64,000 nt of DNA from Syntrophales bacterium. GTDB taxonomy: Bacteria > Desulfobacterota > Syntrophia > Syntrophales > UBA2210. Below, in pieces: positions 51,067 to 62,257 of this stretch (the first letter of the stretch is position 1; each line of letters begins with the position of its first letter). Made by a program: the position numbers and the translations under genes. The notes beneath the pieces were generated by a model, which saw only the letters and a list, made by a program, of their open reading frames with translations, was not told the origin of the DNA and did no database searches. The stretch is from the NCBI GenBank assembly GCA_963666365.2, contig CAXXNF010000002.1:352001-416000 (forward strand). Reading direction: 5' to 3'.

Positions 51067-51863
51067 ATTCCATAGACATTGATGAAGTAAAGAAAGGCCT
51101 TGCGGGCTCTGTGATAGGATGCAGGGTTCATTTTCTCGAGGAAATCGATTCCACCAACACCTATGCAATGCGCCTGGCCGGTTTGGGTGCTGAAGAAGGA
51201 GAAGTGGTAATCGCCGAAAGCCAGAGCGGTGGACGGGGACGTCTGAGAGGCAGATCGTGGCAATCTCCTGCAGGAGTCAATCTCTATTGCTCCGTTATTC
51301 TCAGGCCATCCATCGATCCGGCCGTTGCTGCCTCAATGACGCTTATGGCGGGCGTCGCCGTTGCCGATGTGCTCTCCGAATACTGTCCGGGAAGGGTACA
51401 TCTGAAATGGCCAAATGATGTGCTGATCGGAGAAAAAAAAATCTGCGGCATTCTTACGGAGATGAAGACAAAAGAAGGCAGAATCGAGTATGTCATCGTC
51501 GGAATCGGTATCAATCTTAATATTGAGAAAAAGAATTTCGGTGAGGAGTTCAGGGCCCGATCGACATCGCTCCGGGAAGAATTATCGCATGTGGTTCCTA
51601 GAAGTGAGATAGCCGCGAAAGTGTTCAAAGCGCTGGACCTGTGGTATCACGCATTCCTTGTCGATGGATTTGCCCCGGTAAGGGCAAAATGGCTCGACTA
51701 CACCGGACTGCTGGGGAAAAGGGTCGAGGTGCAGGGCACAGGCGCCGTAGAGAGGGGAGTGGTGCTCGGAATAGACGAAGAAGGGGCCCTCGTTCTTGAA
51801 GATGACAGGTCAGAAATGCTTAAAATTATATCGGGCGACGTTTTTTTTAAAGAGGGGGAATAA
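51063..51863 (+). CDS. birA: Biotin-protein ligase without an N-terminal HTH
   Basis: STN, Q..GRGR, KWPND, KICGIL and GIGIN motifs. Confidence 0.95.
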   Translation: MNSIDIDEVKKGLAGSVIGCRVHFLEEIDSTNTYAMRLAGLGAEEGEVVIAESQSGGRGRLRGRSWQSPAGVNLYCSVILRPSIDPAVAASMTLMAGVAVADVLSEYCPGRVHLKWPNDVLIGEKKICGILTEMKTKEGRIEYVIVGIGINLNIEKKNFGEEFRARSTSLREELSHVVPRSEIAAKVFKALDLWYHAFLVDGFAPVRAKWLDYTGLLGKRVEVQGTGAVERGVVLGIDEEGALVLEDDRSEMLKIISGDVFFKEGE

Positions 51864-51866
51864 ATT

Positions 51867-52637
51867 ATGCTGTTAGTAATCGACGTGGGAAACACAAATA
51901 CGGTGATCGGTCTTTACGACGGCGACGAGATGTCCCAATGGTGGCGTATCAGGACCGTTTCAGATCATACAATTGACGAATACGGTATGCTCATTCTGCA
52001 ACTCTACAATACGGTGAAGATAGAGACAAAGCGCATAGATGCAATCATAATTTCCTGCGTCGTTCCTCCCATGTTAAACATTCTGGAGCCGCTCTGCGAA
52101 AAGTATTTTCACGTGAAGCCTCTGATTATCGGTCCCGGTATCAAGACCGGTATGCCCATATATTACGACAATCCGAAGGAAGTGGGCGCCGACAGGATTG
52201 TCAATGCCGTTGCTGCGCACGAGAAATACGAGGGCAACCTGATTATTGTCGATTTCGGCACCGCCACCACCTTTGATTATGTAACGAAGAAAGGTGAATA
52301 TATGGGTGGCTGTATTGCGCCCGGCATCGCCATCTCAAGCGAGGCGCTTTTCGAGCGGGCCTCGAAACTGCCGAGGGTTGAGTTCGGCATACCAAAATCG
52401 ATCATTGCAAAGGACACGGTCAGCAGCATGCAGGCAGGCATCATGTTTGGGTATGCGGGACTGATAGACGGCATTGTAGAGCGCATGAAACGGGAGGCAA
52501 AGAGCGAAGCGACGGTAATTGCGACAGGGGGGCTTGCCGTGGTGATCGCTCCTGAAACGAAAAGCATCGACAAGGTCGATGAAATGCTGACCCTTGACGG
52601 ATTGAGACTGATTTACATGAGGAACCGTAAAGATTGA
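51867..52637 (+). CDS. coaX: Type III pantothenate kinase
   Basis: IDVGNT, GADR, DFGTATT and ATGG motifs. Confidence 0.96.
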   Translation: MLLVIDVGNTNTVIGLYDGDEMSQWWRIRTVSDHTIDEYGMLILQLYNTVKIETKRIDAIIISCVVPPMLNILEPLCEKYFHVKPLIIGPGIKTGMPIYYDNPKEVGADRIVNAVAAHEKYEGNLIIVDFGTATTFDYVTKKGEYMGGCIAPGIAISSEALFERASKLPRVEFGIPKSIIAKDTVSSMQAGIMFGYAGLIDGIVERMKREAKSEATVIATGGLAVVIAPETKSIDKVDEMLTLDGLRLIYMRNRKD

Positions 52638-52685
52638 TGGTGGATGAGAGGCTGAAGGAGCAAGGGAGCTCACCGGTTTCGGCCT

Positions 52686-53999
52686 TCAGTCCATTGCCTC
52701 CCTTTTCCATGCCGTAAGATCGGCACAGGCCCGCTCCGCATAGCGTGACCCTCGTTCCTTTTTTCGAAACCGCTTCTCGAGAGGGGGAAAGAGGCCGAAA
52801 TTCACATTCATCGGCTGAAAGGTTCTTTCGCTGCTTTCAGTAATATGACTGACAAGCGCACCAATGGCGGTCGTGCGAGGAGGGGGGATTGAAGGCATTC
52901 CGGAAAGATACCGGTACACTGATATCCCCGACCAAAGTCCCATGGCGCTCGACTCCAGATACCCTTCTACGCCGGTAATCTGACCCGCGAAAAAGAGAGA
53001 GGTCCTTTTTTTCAATTGCAACGATTTGCTGAGAAGCGCCGGCGCATTGAGAAAGGTGTTTCGATGAATGCTGCCGAAACGAGCAAATTCTGCCTTTTCG
53101 AGGCCGGGAATCATTCGGAAAATTCTTTGCTGTTCAGGGCGGGCAAGCTTGGTCTGAAATCCTACCATGTTATAGAGGGTGGCCTCGAGATTCTCCTGCC
53201 GCAGTTGAATCACCGCATGGGGCTGGGCGCCGGTTTTCGGGTCAATCAATCCGACCGGTTTCATGGGGCCGAAACGGAGTGTGTCGATGCCCCGCCTCGC
53301 CATTACCTCGACAGGCAGACATCCTTCGAAGCATTTTTTATCTTCAAAATCTCTGAGAAGAATTTCCCTTCCATTTAAAATTTCCTCCCGGAATTGCTCG
53401 TACTGTTCCTTCGTGAGAGGGCAGTTCAAATAGTCTCCTTCGCCCTCCTGATATCGTGAGGCGCGGAACGCCACAGTACCATCTATGGAGGAGGTTTCAA
53501 CGACCGGTGAAATTGCATCGTAAAAATAGAGATGTTCTCCACCGGTAATGCCCGAGATTGATTCTGCAAGGGCTTCCGATGTGAGAGGGCCCGTCGCGAT
53601 TATGCAGATAGGATCATCGGGAATGTGCGATACTTCACCCTGTAAAAGTCGAAAATTTCGTTGCGACAAGAGCCGCTTTTCGATGTAAAGAGAAAAGAGC
53701 GAACGATCCACGGCAAGGGCCTTGCCTGCGGGGACTCGCGTGGCGGCGGCGGCCTCCATTATAAGCGAGTCCAGCAATTTCATTTCGTGCTTAAGCAGAC
53801 CGACGGCGCTTTCGGGGCTTTCCGACCGAAAGGAATTACTGCAGACCAATTCAGCCAGATGGGGCGAACGGTGGGCCGGTGAAAAGAACGCAGGCTTCAT
53901 CTCCATAAGCTTAACGAAAAATCCCCTTCGAAGCAGTTGCCATGCCGCCTCGCAACCGGCCAGACCGCCACCGATAATGGTAACCTCAGGAAATTTCAT
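52686..53999 (-). CDS. trmFO: Folate/FAD-dependent tRNA m5U54 methyltransferase
   Basis: [25 protein letters not shown] and [10 protein letters not shown] motifs. Confidence 0.96.
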   Translation of the reverse strand: MKFPEVTIIGGGLAGCEAAWQLLRRGFFVKLMEMKPAFFSPAHRSPHLAELVCSNSFRSESPESAVGLLKHEMKLLDSLIMEAAAATRVPAGKALAVDRSLFSLYIEKRLLSQRNFRLLQGEVSHIPDDPICIIATGPLTSEALAESISGITGGEHLYFYDAISPVVETSSIDGTVAFRASRYQEGEGDYLNCPLTKEQYEQFREEILNGREILLRDFEDKKCFEGCLPVEVMARRGIDTLRFGPMKPVGLIDPKTGAQPHAVIQLRQENLEATLYNMVGFQTKLARPEQQRIFRMIPGLEKAEFARFGSIHRNTFLNAPALLSKSLQLKKRTSLFFAGQITGVEGYLESSAMGLWSGISVYRYLSGMPSIPPPRTTAIGALVSHITESSERTFQPMNVNFGLFPPLEKRFRKKERGSRYAERACADLTAWKREAMD

Positions 54000-56332
54000 T
54001 TTCCGGTTTTATTCTTTGGCATTTTTTTTATTGTTTTGCATTCAGGGTAGCCGGTGCAGGCCAGGAAGGGTCCGAATCGGCCTCGCTTGACGGCCATCGG
54101 TTTTCCACATTTTTCGCACACTTCATCCGTGACGATTGATTCCTGGGCCGCCGCCGTCACTTTGCCGTCTTTGCCGAGCTTTTTAATGTTTTTGCATTCA
54201 GGGTAGCCGGTACACCCCAGAAAAGATCCGTAACGGCCGCGCTTGACCGCCATGGGTTTTCCGCATACCTCACAGGTTACATCTGTTGACGGCGCCTCCT
54301 GCGGGACGAGATCCCCTTTTTCATTCCTGGCAGCATTCATGGTGTTTTTGCATTCAGGATAGCCTGAGCAGGCCAGAAAGGGTCCGAAACGCCCTTCCTT
54401 CACCACCATGGTTCTGCCGCATTTGTTGCACTGAATGTCTGTGGTTTTAGCTTCCACGTGTTTTACCTTTCCGTTTTCGTCATGGGTGAAATTCATGGTG
54501 TTCTTGCATTCGGGATATTGGGAGCAGGCGAGAAACCTTCCATTTTTACCCCATTTTATTACCATGGTACTGCCGCACTTCTCACAGAGTATATCAGTGG
54601 GTACCTCTTCCCGCTTAATGTTGCGCATCGATGTTTTGGCCTTGGTGAGCTCCGACTCGAAGGGTCCGTAAAAATCGCGCAGCGTATCCGATCTGGTGAT
54701 CGATCCATCTTCGATGTGATCCAGTTTGTCTTCCATGGATGCGGTGAACTTGATATCAAGTATGTTTGGAAAATTCTCCACGAGGAGATCGGTGACCAGT
54801 GTGCCCAGCTCGGTGGGATGAAATCGTCTTTCTTTCAAGTCGACATAGTCGCGGTCCTGAATGGTACTGAGTATTGACGCGTACGTACTTGGTCTTCCGA
54901 TTCCTTTTTCTTCAAGCTCCCTGACAAGCGATGCCTCGGTGAAGCGCGGCGGAGGCTGGGTAAAATTCTGCTGAGAGTCAAGGGACTGCAATGACAGGGC
55001 ATCCTTTTCTTTGACATTCGGCAGTGTAAGTCCTATTGCATCTTCATCGGCGCCGTTGTCTTCCTTGGTGTCCATATAGAGCACGGTAAAACCTGCTGAT
55101 TTCATTACGGATCCCTGTGCCCGAAGAAGATAGCGACCCGCGGCGATATCGATGGTGGTTCGGTCAAAAACGGCTGGATTCATTTGTGAGGCGATAAACC
55201 GATTCCAGATGAGCTGATATAAACGAAATTCATCTCTCGAAAGAAATTGTTCGATCTGTTTCGGCGGATAGTGGAGCGAGGCGGGCCGTATGGCTTCATG
55301 TGCATCCTGAGCCCGGCGCCCGCTTTTAAAAATGCGCGCCTTCGGAGGGAGAAAGTCCGCGCCATAGCCATCTTTGATAAAGGATCTGGCCTCTTCGATC
55401 GCCTCCTTTGCAACGCGCACGGAGTCGGTGCGCATGTAGGTAATCAGTCCCACCGATCCTTCCGTTCCAAGTTCAGCGCCTTCGTACAGTTTCTGCGCGA
55501 GCCGCATGGTCTTTTTTGCGGGAAAACGGAATCTACGCGACGCTTCCTGCTGAAGCTTGCTTGTAGTGAAAGGCGGCGAAGGATGACGCTTTACTTCCTT
55601 TTTTTCTACGGTATCGACGACGTAGTCACTTTTTTCGAGATCGGCAATGATCGCGCCGGCTTCTTCTTTTGATCCTACTGTCTGTTTTTTCCCGCTTATT
55701 TTGAAAAGTTTCGCCTCAAAGGGAGGGGGGCTGTCGCCTTCCAGCCGGGCGGCTATGTTCCAGTATTCCAACGGTACGAAGGCGGCGATTTCACGTTCCC
55801 TGTCGCATATGATTCGGACCGCTACGGACTGCACTCTTCCCGCGCTCAATCCCCGCTTTACTTTATCCCACAGGATCGGACTGATCTGATATCCCACCAG
55901 TCTGTCGAGAATTCGTCGCGTCTGTTGGGCCTCGTACTTTTGTTCGTCAAGGGGGAGAGGATTTTCGAGGGCAGAAAGGACGGTGTTTTTTGTCAGGTCA
56001 TTAAAAAGAACGCGTCGGATTTTCTTGTTTTTCCCCCCAATCTCTTCAGCAATGTGCCAGGCGATGGCTTCACCCTCCCTGTCGGGGTCAGGGGCAAGAA
56101 ATATCTCATCGACCTTTCTGGCGGCCGCGACCAAATCCGCCATCGTTTTTTTACGATCGGCGATTACGTGGTACGTGGGGCTGAAATCGTGTTCGATATC
56201 AATTCCCAGCGTACTTTTAGGAAGATCTTTTATGTGGCCGACCGTGGCCTTCACGTCAAAATCCGATCCGAGATATTTTTTTATCGTTTTAACCTTTGTG
56301 GGGGATTCAACCACAATGAGAGCAGAGGGCAT
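53996..56332 (-). CDS. topA: DNA topoisomerase I with four C4 zinc ribbons
   Basis: VESP.K, DPDREGE, SAGRVQ, ITYMRTD and GIGRPSTY motifs. Confidence 0.98.
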   Translation of the reverse strand: MPSALIVVESPTKVKTIKKYLGSDFDVKATVGHIKDLPKSTLGIDIEHDFSPTYHVIADRKKTMADLVAAARKVDEIFLAPDPDREGEAIAWHIAEEIGGKNKKIRRVLFNDLTKNTVLSALENPLPLDEQKYEAQQTRRILDRLVGYQISPILWDKVKRGLSAGRVQSVAVRIICDREREIAAFVPLEYWNIAARLEGDSPPPFEAKLFKISGKKQTVGSKEEAGAIIADLEKSDYVVDTVEKKEVKRHPSPPFTTSKLQQEASRRFRFPAKKTMRLAQKLYEGAELGTEGSVGLITYMRTDSVRVAKEAIEEARSFIKDGYGADFLPPKARIFKSGRRAQDAHEAIRPASLHYPPKQIEQFLSRDEFRLYQLIWNRFIASQMNPAVFDRTTIDIAAGRYLLRAQGSVMKSAGFTVLYMDTKEDNGADEDAIGLTLPNVKEKDALSLQSLDSQQNFTQPPPRFTEASLVRELEEKGIGRPSTYASILSTIQDRDYVDLKERRFHPTELGTLVTDLLVENFPNILDIKFTASMEDKLDHIEDGSITRSDTLRDFYGPFESELTKAKTSMRNIKREEVPTDILCEKCGSTMVIKWGKNGRFLACSQYPECKNTMNFTHDENGKVKHVEAKTTDIQCNKCGRTMVVKEGRFGPFLACSGYPECKNTMNAARNEKGDLVPQEAPSTDVTCEVCGKPMAVKRGRYGSFLGCTGYPECKNIKKLGKDGKVTAAAQESIVTDEVCEKCGKPMAVKRGRFGPFLACTGYPECKTIKKMPKNKTGK

Positions 56333-56340
56333 AGTAAATC

Positions 56341-57462
56341 TCACTCCTTTATCACAAAATATTTTCCCGGTAATTGCGTGATGTGTCCCTGAACCTCCAG
56401 CGACAACAGTATAGTAAGTGCTTCATGTACGGCAATTCCCGATTTTTCGATCACGCTGTCGATATGAATCGGTGTCGTGCTCATATGCCGAATTACTTTT
56501 TCTTCCGAAGGATCAAGTTTCGGGATAGCGGGAGTATCGGTATTGTCGCTTTTCCCCGGCATGGCAGCGCCACGATCAGCGAACTCCACCTGCGGCATAA
56601 TCTCGTTGAGAATATCATCGACGTCCTGAACAAGCTTTGCTCCCTCCTTGATAAGTTTATTGGCCCCCCGCGAACCGCTGGAATCGATACTGCCGGGAAC
56701 GGCAAAGACCTCGCGACCCTGTTCCAGTGCCATGCGCGCCGTAATGAGAGAGCCGCTTTTTTCCGTTGCTTCAACGACGACAACTCCCAGGGAAAGTCCA
56801 CTGATGATACGGTTCCGACGGGGAAAATGATGTCCCTGCGGAGCGGTGGCAAAGGGATATTCAGAGATCACCGCGCCGCTGGAAGCTATTTTATCGAACA
56901 ATTTCTTGTTTTCCGGCGGATAGATGACATCAATGCCGGACCCCAGTACGGCGATCGTTCTTCCCCTGGCGGCAAGCGCACCGGTGTGAGCCGCTGAATC
57001 TATGCCGCGGGCCATTCCACTGACCACAGTAAGCCCTTTCATTACAAGTGCCCGGGCGATTCTGTCGGTAATAAATATCCCATGGGGCGAGGCGTTCCGC
57101 GATCCCACAATGCCGATATTTATGTCGGTACGGCATATTTCCCCTTTTATGTATATAAGAGGGGGGGCATCATATATATGACGGAGAAGCCGCGGGTAGC
57201 GCTCATCCCACTTTGCAACAAGTGAGACGTTCATCTTCCGGGCCTGTGCAATTTCTTTTTCAACTCGTGACCACTGACCAAATGTGGCAATCTGCGCTGC
57301 GATTCGTCGAGATACGCCGGCGACGCCAACAAGTTCATCCCCTGAAGCCCGAAATACTGAAGAGGGCGAACCGAAGGCATCTACAAGTCCCATTGCGGTG
57401 ACGGGACCGATGTTGTCGATCATCGTCAGTGCGATGAGATGTGTCAGTTCTTCATATTCCAT
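56341..57462 (-). CDS. dprA: DNA-processing protein DprA
   Basis: VGSR, VSGMARGID, FPRRNRIISG, SGSLITA motifs; C-terminal winged helix. Confidence 0.96.
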   Translation of the reverse strand: MEYEELTHLIALTMIDNIGPVTAMGLVDAFGSPSSVFRASGDELVGVAGVSRRIAAQIATFGQWSRVEKEIAQARKMNVSLVAKWDERYPRLLRHIYDAPPLIYIKGEICRTDINIGIVGSRNASPHGIFITDRIARALVMKGLTVVSGMARGIDSAAHTGALAARGRTIAVLGSGIDVIYPPENKKLFDKIASSGAVISEYPFATAPQGHHFPRRNRIISGLSLGVVVVEATEKSGSLITARMALEQGREVFAVPGSIDSSGSRGANKLIKEGAKLVQDVDDILNEIMPQVEFADRGAAMPGKSDNTDTPAIPKLDPSEEKVIRHMSTTPIHIDSVIEKSGIAVHEALTILLSLEVQGHITQLPGKYFVIKE

Positions 57463-57701
57463 CCATTTCCCTCACTGAGCCGGTGCCGGTACATTTTTAC
57501 GAGTGACAGTTCGCAGGATGGAACCGCCCATACAATGGCGCTCCTAGTCGATTTAAAAACGGAGTATGCAGGGAATACCGTTCAGTCAAGGGACTATATA
57601 TGGTAGGGTAAAACAGTGTCAAGCTATTTTGCCGGTACCGGTTCTTGACAAGCGCAATGCCCTGTATTACGCTGCGGATAAGGAAAAATCGAGGGTGAAA
57701 G

Positions 57702-60182
57702 ATGCATATACAAAGAGGACGTAGGCGCCTCATAAAAGGAATATGTGCGTTGTTTGTTTTTTTTCTGGTGTTTTCCTTGTGGGGACTCAGACTGGCGCAC
57801 TGCGATGACAAAAAGAACCCGTTGAGGGTAATGCCCCGGAGTATTGATTTAGAAATCGCCAGCGATCACAAAACGTTACCGGCGAGTCCGGTGCGGGTCG
57901 AGGAAGAGAAGGGGCCGCTTCTCAAGGTGTCATGGCAGGACTCTACACTGGGACGTCTGGAAGAACATACATTAAAAAATATTATTGTAAAAATAACTGC
58001 CCGAGGATCGGGAACGCTTTCATGGACTGTCGAATGCACCGAGCCATGGCTTCACCTGAATAAAGAGGACTTTCAGGAAAAATCCGATCATCATGCCTTA
58101 TCTGTCTCCACGGAGGGAAGGGACGGGGCAGAAGAGACGAGTCCGCACAATTCCGAAGAGGTGTTTCTGATGCCTTCTGCACGAAATGGGGCTTTTTTCA
58201 CTGGCCAGGGAGACCGTACCTTCACGGTCACTGTAGATACCCATGGATTGTCCCCGGGAGAGTACAAGGGTTATGTGTATATTCGATCGCAGAGGGGAGA
58301 CGAAAATATTCCGATTTCATTTACAGTAGCGCGTCTTGAATCAATAGCCCTTTCCCCTCAATTAATTACTGTTCCCCTGGGAAGAAAACGACTTTTTAAC
58401 CCAGTCGGTATTTGGTCTGACGGGGTAAGAAGAGATGTTTCGGGGTCATCGGAAGGAGTATGGCGACTCTCAAACCCGGCGGTGGGGTCGTTTTTGCGGC
58501 ATAAGCCCCTCTTTATTGCCACGTCGCCCGGGGTTACGGAAATAGTACGTATTTTCAGAGACATTGAAAGCGAACCGGCCTATGTTGAGGTACGCATGGT
58601 CAATGACGAACCACTGTTGCGCATTATGCCCCAGGAAATCAATTTCGGTAAAATCGGTCCCGGTGAGACATCAAGCAATCAATTTATTCTTGAGAATGTC
58701 GGATCAGGAAGCTTGAATTGGATCACGGGAATGCTTGAAGGATGGGAACAATTGGATGAAACATATCTTTCGGGTATCATCAAAGATGCGCCCTGTCCAC
58801 TGGAGGTGTCAGTCCGGTCACTGCCCAATGAAGAGGCTGGAAAGAAGAATGGAAGCACAGAGAGCCTGTACCCGATTGAGATTGCAATAACGCAGGGTGA
58901 TAAAACAGCGGTCTTTAGAAATCACTTGCGAGAGGGCGCATACCGGGAATCAATCAAACTCTACGCGCACTCCGCCCATCGCACGATATTTCTATCATAT
59001 GAAATTGTCAATGAAGGGTCCAGGGCGTCATTGGATGTGGCCCCTCACGGGTTTAGTCTGGGGACAGGAGAAGCGGGAAGTCGGTATTTCAGAAAAATAC
59101 GAGTGCGAAACAGCGGCAAGTCCCTGCTGCGCTGGACTGTGGCTCGTCAGAAGAATCGGCGCATTTTTTACGGCATATTGCTGCCTGAAGGGCGGTATGT
59201 ATCCTTTGTGAATCCTGCGGTGAGGGACAATGAACCCTATCGCATTCCGGAAGCAATGACTGCATCGCTCAATGTGCGGGGCGGGTGGTATGGCAATAAC
59301 GGATATCCCTACAGTTCGGAAGAAGGGGATGTGCTGAAATACATTTTCAACGGCACAGGGATCGCGATATTCTTATGGAGGCACAGGGATGGCGGGTCAA
59401 TCAAGGCGTTCATAGATGATAGATTTGTCGCGGATATCGACTGCGGAGGAACGTCGAAGGAGCGGTCAGAGCACCTGGTGGCGGAGGGCCTTGAAAAGGG
59501 GCCGCATGTACTCACGCTTGCTACGGTGAAAGAAGGGGCGGTTGTGGTGGAGGGCGCCCGTGTGCACGGGGCAGGGTGTAGAAATGCTGGGGGTAATTGG
59601 ATCACTCTTTTACCGGACAGGGGGACCACTGCGGGAGAAACGGACTATGTGAATGTGGCGGTGGATCTTCGCGGCCTGAACCCCGGCTGCTACAAGGAGT
59701 ATCTGCTCTTCGACTCCAATGGGGGAAGAGATGTGGTCGAAATATCAGTTGATGTAGAGGCGAAAACGCAGTCCGAACTGATAGCCATTCACCGATACTC
59801 AAAAGGAAATGATTGCCTGCTGCTGGCAGGGAAGGGAAAAAGAGACAGTGACCGGATGCTGGGATACCAGGACGAGGGTTTTGCATTTGCACTGTTCAGT
59901 CAATCCCTTCCCGGTACTGCCGAGTTCTATGCCTGGTACAGTCCGGTGCTTCAGGGCCATTATTATTCAAGTGACAGGACTGGGGACGGAAAGAATCTTG
60001 AGGGGTATATCTTTGAAGGATCGATAGGAAACATCGCTGTGGTGCCGTTGCCCGACACAAGGGAACTCTACCGATTCTACAACCCGGAGACAAAACACTA
60101 CGCCTACACCACAGAACTGAAGGGCGGAGAATACCGCACCAGAGGATACCGCTACGACGGCATTGCCGGTTATGTGCGATGA
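57702..60182 (+). CDS. Large secreted multi-domain beta protein (BACON/Ig-like modules, jelly-roll-like module, DUF5648-like C-terminus)
   Basis: Signal peptide. Repeated N.G...L.W and WL.L...G...V.VD..GL.PG.Y segments; FNGTGI...GG....ID; LYRFYN...HY.YT...Y.Y.GIAGYV. Confidence 0.7.
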   Translation: MHIQRGRRRLIKGICALFVFFLVFSLWGLRLAHCDDKKNPLRVMPRSIDLEIASDHKTLPASPVRVEEEKGPLLKVSWQDSTLGRLEEHTLKNIIVKITARGSGTLSWTVECTEPWLHLNKEDFQEKSDHHALSVSTEGRDGAEETSPHNSEEVFLMPSARNGAFFTGQGDRTFTVTVDTHGLSPGEYKGYVYIRSQRGDENIPISFTVARLESIALSPQLITVPLGRKRLFNPVGIWSDGVRRDVSGSSEGVWRLSNPAVGSFLRHKPLFIATSPGVTEIVRIFRDIESEPAYVEVRMVNDEPLLRIMPQEINFGKIGPGETSSNQFILENVGSGSLNWITGMLEGWEQLDETYLSGIIKDAPCPLEVSVRSLPNEEAGKKNGSTESLYPIEIAITQGDKTAVFRNHLREGAYRESIKLYAHSAHRTIFLSYEIVNEGSRASLDVAPHGFSLGTGEAGSRYFRKIRVRNSGKSLLRWTVARQKNRRIFYGILLPEGRYVSFVNPAVRDNEPYRIPEAMTASLNVRGGWYGNNGYPYSSEEGDVLKYIFNGTGIAIFLWRHRDGGSIKAFIDDRFVADIDCGGTSKERSEHLVAEGLEKGPHVLTLATVKEGAVVVEGARVHGAGCRNAGGNWITLLPDRGTTAGETDYVNVAVDLRGLNPGCYKEYLLFDSNGGRDVVEISVDVEAKTQSELIAIHRYSKGNDCLLLAGKGKRDSDRMLGYQDEGFAFALFSQSLPGTAEFYAWYSPVLQGHYYSSDRTGDGKNLEGYIFEGSIGNIAVVPLPDTRELYRFYNPETKHYAYTTELKGGEYRTRGYRYDGIAGYVR

Positions 60183-60265
60183 TGCCGTACAAGGTGTTTT
60201 ACTATCTATTTTACTTGACAATTACAGACAAAGCGGTTAGTCATAACGGCCTGATTACCACATGT

Positions 60266-60342
<77 letters not shown>

Positions 60343-60349
60343 AAAAATC

Positions 60350-60385
60350 AAGGCCTTACGTCACTTAACGATGTAAGGCCTTTTT
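60350..60385 (+). terminator. Terminator-like hairpin after the tRNA
   Basis: AAGGCCTTAC...GTAAGGCCTT-TTT. Confidence 0.75.
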
Positions 60386-60509
60386 GATTTGGGCTTCATG
60401 TAGCCACCATGTAGCCATTTCGGAAAAAAATAACAGGATTTATCCTGCATTCATAAATGGGAATTCATGATAATGAATCAAGCGGTGCTATGTTTTTACA
60501 TGCGTGTAA

Positions 60510-60712
60510 TCTACGGAATAAGGATGGCAAGAAGGATGCCTAGAATTGGCACTCCCACAAAAAACCATATTACCCACGCATTAACGCCTCCCTTATGCCG
60601 TAGCTTTGCAAGTAAATTATTTTCATCATGTATGTTTTTTTTGCCTTGTTAATTTCCCGTTTTATGCTTTTGTGGTAGAGATTGTCATAATCTGTACCAT
60701 GCTTTCCTGTAC
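60510..60712 (-). pseudogene. Decayed membrane-protein fragment (DUF2628-like C-terminus)
   Basis: Frameshifted pieces YRKAWY / NLYHKSIKREINKAK / DENNLLAKLRHKGGVNAWVIWFFVGVPILGILLAILIP. Confidence 0.4.
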
Positions 60713-60777
60713 ACCTAACGCATAGCTAAGAGTCTCGGCGGCTTTTTGCCGCATCCCTCTTTAGCGATTTGTTCAAG
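60713..60777 (-). mobile_element. Integron attC recombination site (degenerate)
   Basis: Minus strand CTTGAAC-AAATCGCTAAAGAGGGATGCGGCAAAAAGCCGCCGAGACTCTTAGCTATGC-GTTAGGT. It has R''/R' boxes (AAC...GTTRRRY), L boxes with one extra base, and starts 5 nt after a stop codon. Confidence 0.75.
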
Positions 60778-60782
60778 CACTC

Positions 60783-61195
60783 TTATAGGTGTTCCGCACA
60801 ATGCTGAATACTTGCTGACCAAGGATTCTCGAGCAGGTCAACGACCTCATATTCTGGCATTCTGGAAATCACGTCCAAGGCTGCCTGGATTACAGCGGCA
60901 TTCGTCCCCTTCTGTACTAGGTCGGGTGCCAAGTCTGACATGCAGAAACGTTCAGTGGAATCCCTGTTTTCCATCACATCGATAATGCGGCGGCATATTT
61001 CATTCACGACTTCAGACTCATCCGATATTCCGTTCTCCTTTGAGTTCGTTGAGGAGCCCGAATGCTACACATTCTCATAAAAGCTCCAGTAGAGCGGATT
61101 CGCGTGATGAACCCAGTCATCGTGCTTCTGTCTGAACTGCTCCGCCCGCGCATCAATGTGCTGCTTGTGCTCTCCCGAAGTTATTTGTCCTTCTG
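60783..61195 (-). pseudogene. 3' part of a cassette-like gene, 5'-truncated, with an in-frame stop at 61065-61067
   Basis: The same frame continues through the TAG into ORF 60783..61007 and ends immediately before the attC. Confidence 0.5.
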
Positions 61196-61666
61196 CCAGT
61201 TCACGGTGAATATATTTCATGTCCAACACTTCCCGGGATGGAGACCCTTTCGTCGCTGGAGGCGGGAAGAGAAGGGCTTCAAGACGACTGTCGTCGAGAC
61301 CGGCTGCCTGCGGCCAGGCAAGACCGGCGTTTTCGGCGCGAGCCACATACTCCCTGACGGTGCTGCGGGCAATGTTGCAACTTTGAGCAATCTGTTTGTT
61401 GGAGAACTTTTTTTCCCATTTCAATCGCAATACTTCCTTTATGGTACGCATGGATAACCTTTCCGCCGCCACAACTTCCTCCCGTTTTTGTCGGAGGTTC
61501 TAACGGCTTTTGTGAAGTTTATCCAGCGTCGCTCATGTCGAACTCAGGGGGTAGCGGAATGATCATATTTGGGTGGCGGAATGCGTCGGAATCAGGTGGC
61601 GGAATGAATCATATTCGGGTGGCGCGTTCCATCATATTTGGGTGGCGGAATGCGTCGGAATATCCA
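61196..61666 (-). mobile_element. istA: IS21-family remnant: left end plus N-terminal part of IstA
   Basis: MAAERLSMRTIKEVLRLKW...IAQSCNIARSTVREY..RA..AGLAWP...LE.LLF...IHREL. The end begins TG (61666) with several ATTCCGCCACC repeats. No DDE domain, istB or right end. Confidence 0.9.
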
Positions 61667-61742
61667 ATATCCCGAAGTATTGGTTTCCCCTAGGGACCTT
61701 TCGTGTTGTATTGCCCAATTTTTGTACAAACAACTATCAAAT

Positions 61743-61781
61743 AAAAAAGCCCTACCTCTCACTTTGAGAAACAGGGCTTTT
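61743..61781. terminator. Bidirectional terminator-like hairpin
   Basis: AAAAAAGCCCT...AGGGCTTTT. Confidence 0.6.
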
Positions 61782-62257
61782 GACAGTCAAACCATAATCC
61801 CCCCTTGGGTTACAGCTGCTTCAAAGTAAACAAATGCATTCAAGATCGGCAAGTTATGTTAATCAGTAACTCTGTTAATGACGTTTTGTCAAGGGATATT
61901 GGCCTTTTAATTCAGCCGATACAATCCAACCCACTTCTATCGCGACAAAATCCCACAATGTGAGAATTTGCAATCAGCATATCAGCAGATAGAACCCCTC
62001 GAAGCCCAAGATATGAGACAATCTCTACCTTACCCCTCGGAGTTCGGTTTCTTTCCGTGGTACCCGCCAAAACACCCCCTACAGAGCAAAAGAAGGGGAG
62101 TATGTGAGATGGCGTTACCGTTTCCTGTACGGCATGTACGGGTACAAGGGACAGTCAGGGATTTGGCACTCAACCCGTCCGTCGATGAAGTAGCCCATAC
62201 ACTCATTACATTCGCAAGAATGTTTTCTGTTTCGACATTTGGTTGTGAGTCACTTCT

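Noticed and set aside
54030..54600. Repeated DNA segments such as GCATTCAGGGTAGCCGGT
   Set aside because: Coding repeats of the normal TopA zinc ribbons.
61550..61666. Short repeats (GGTGGCGGAATG, ATCATATT) resembling a mini CRISPR array
   Set aside because: Spacing is irregular, there are no unique spacers or cas genes, and they are explained as IS21 terminal transposase-binding repeats.
61782..61892. Possible minus-strand sRNA between TTGACA (61887-61892) and the hairpin at 61743
   Set aside because: The -10 element is poor and there is no other support.
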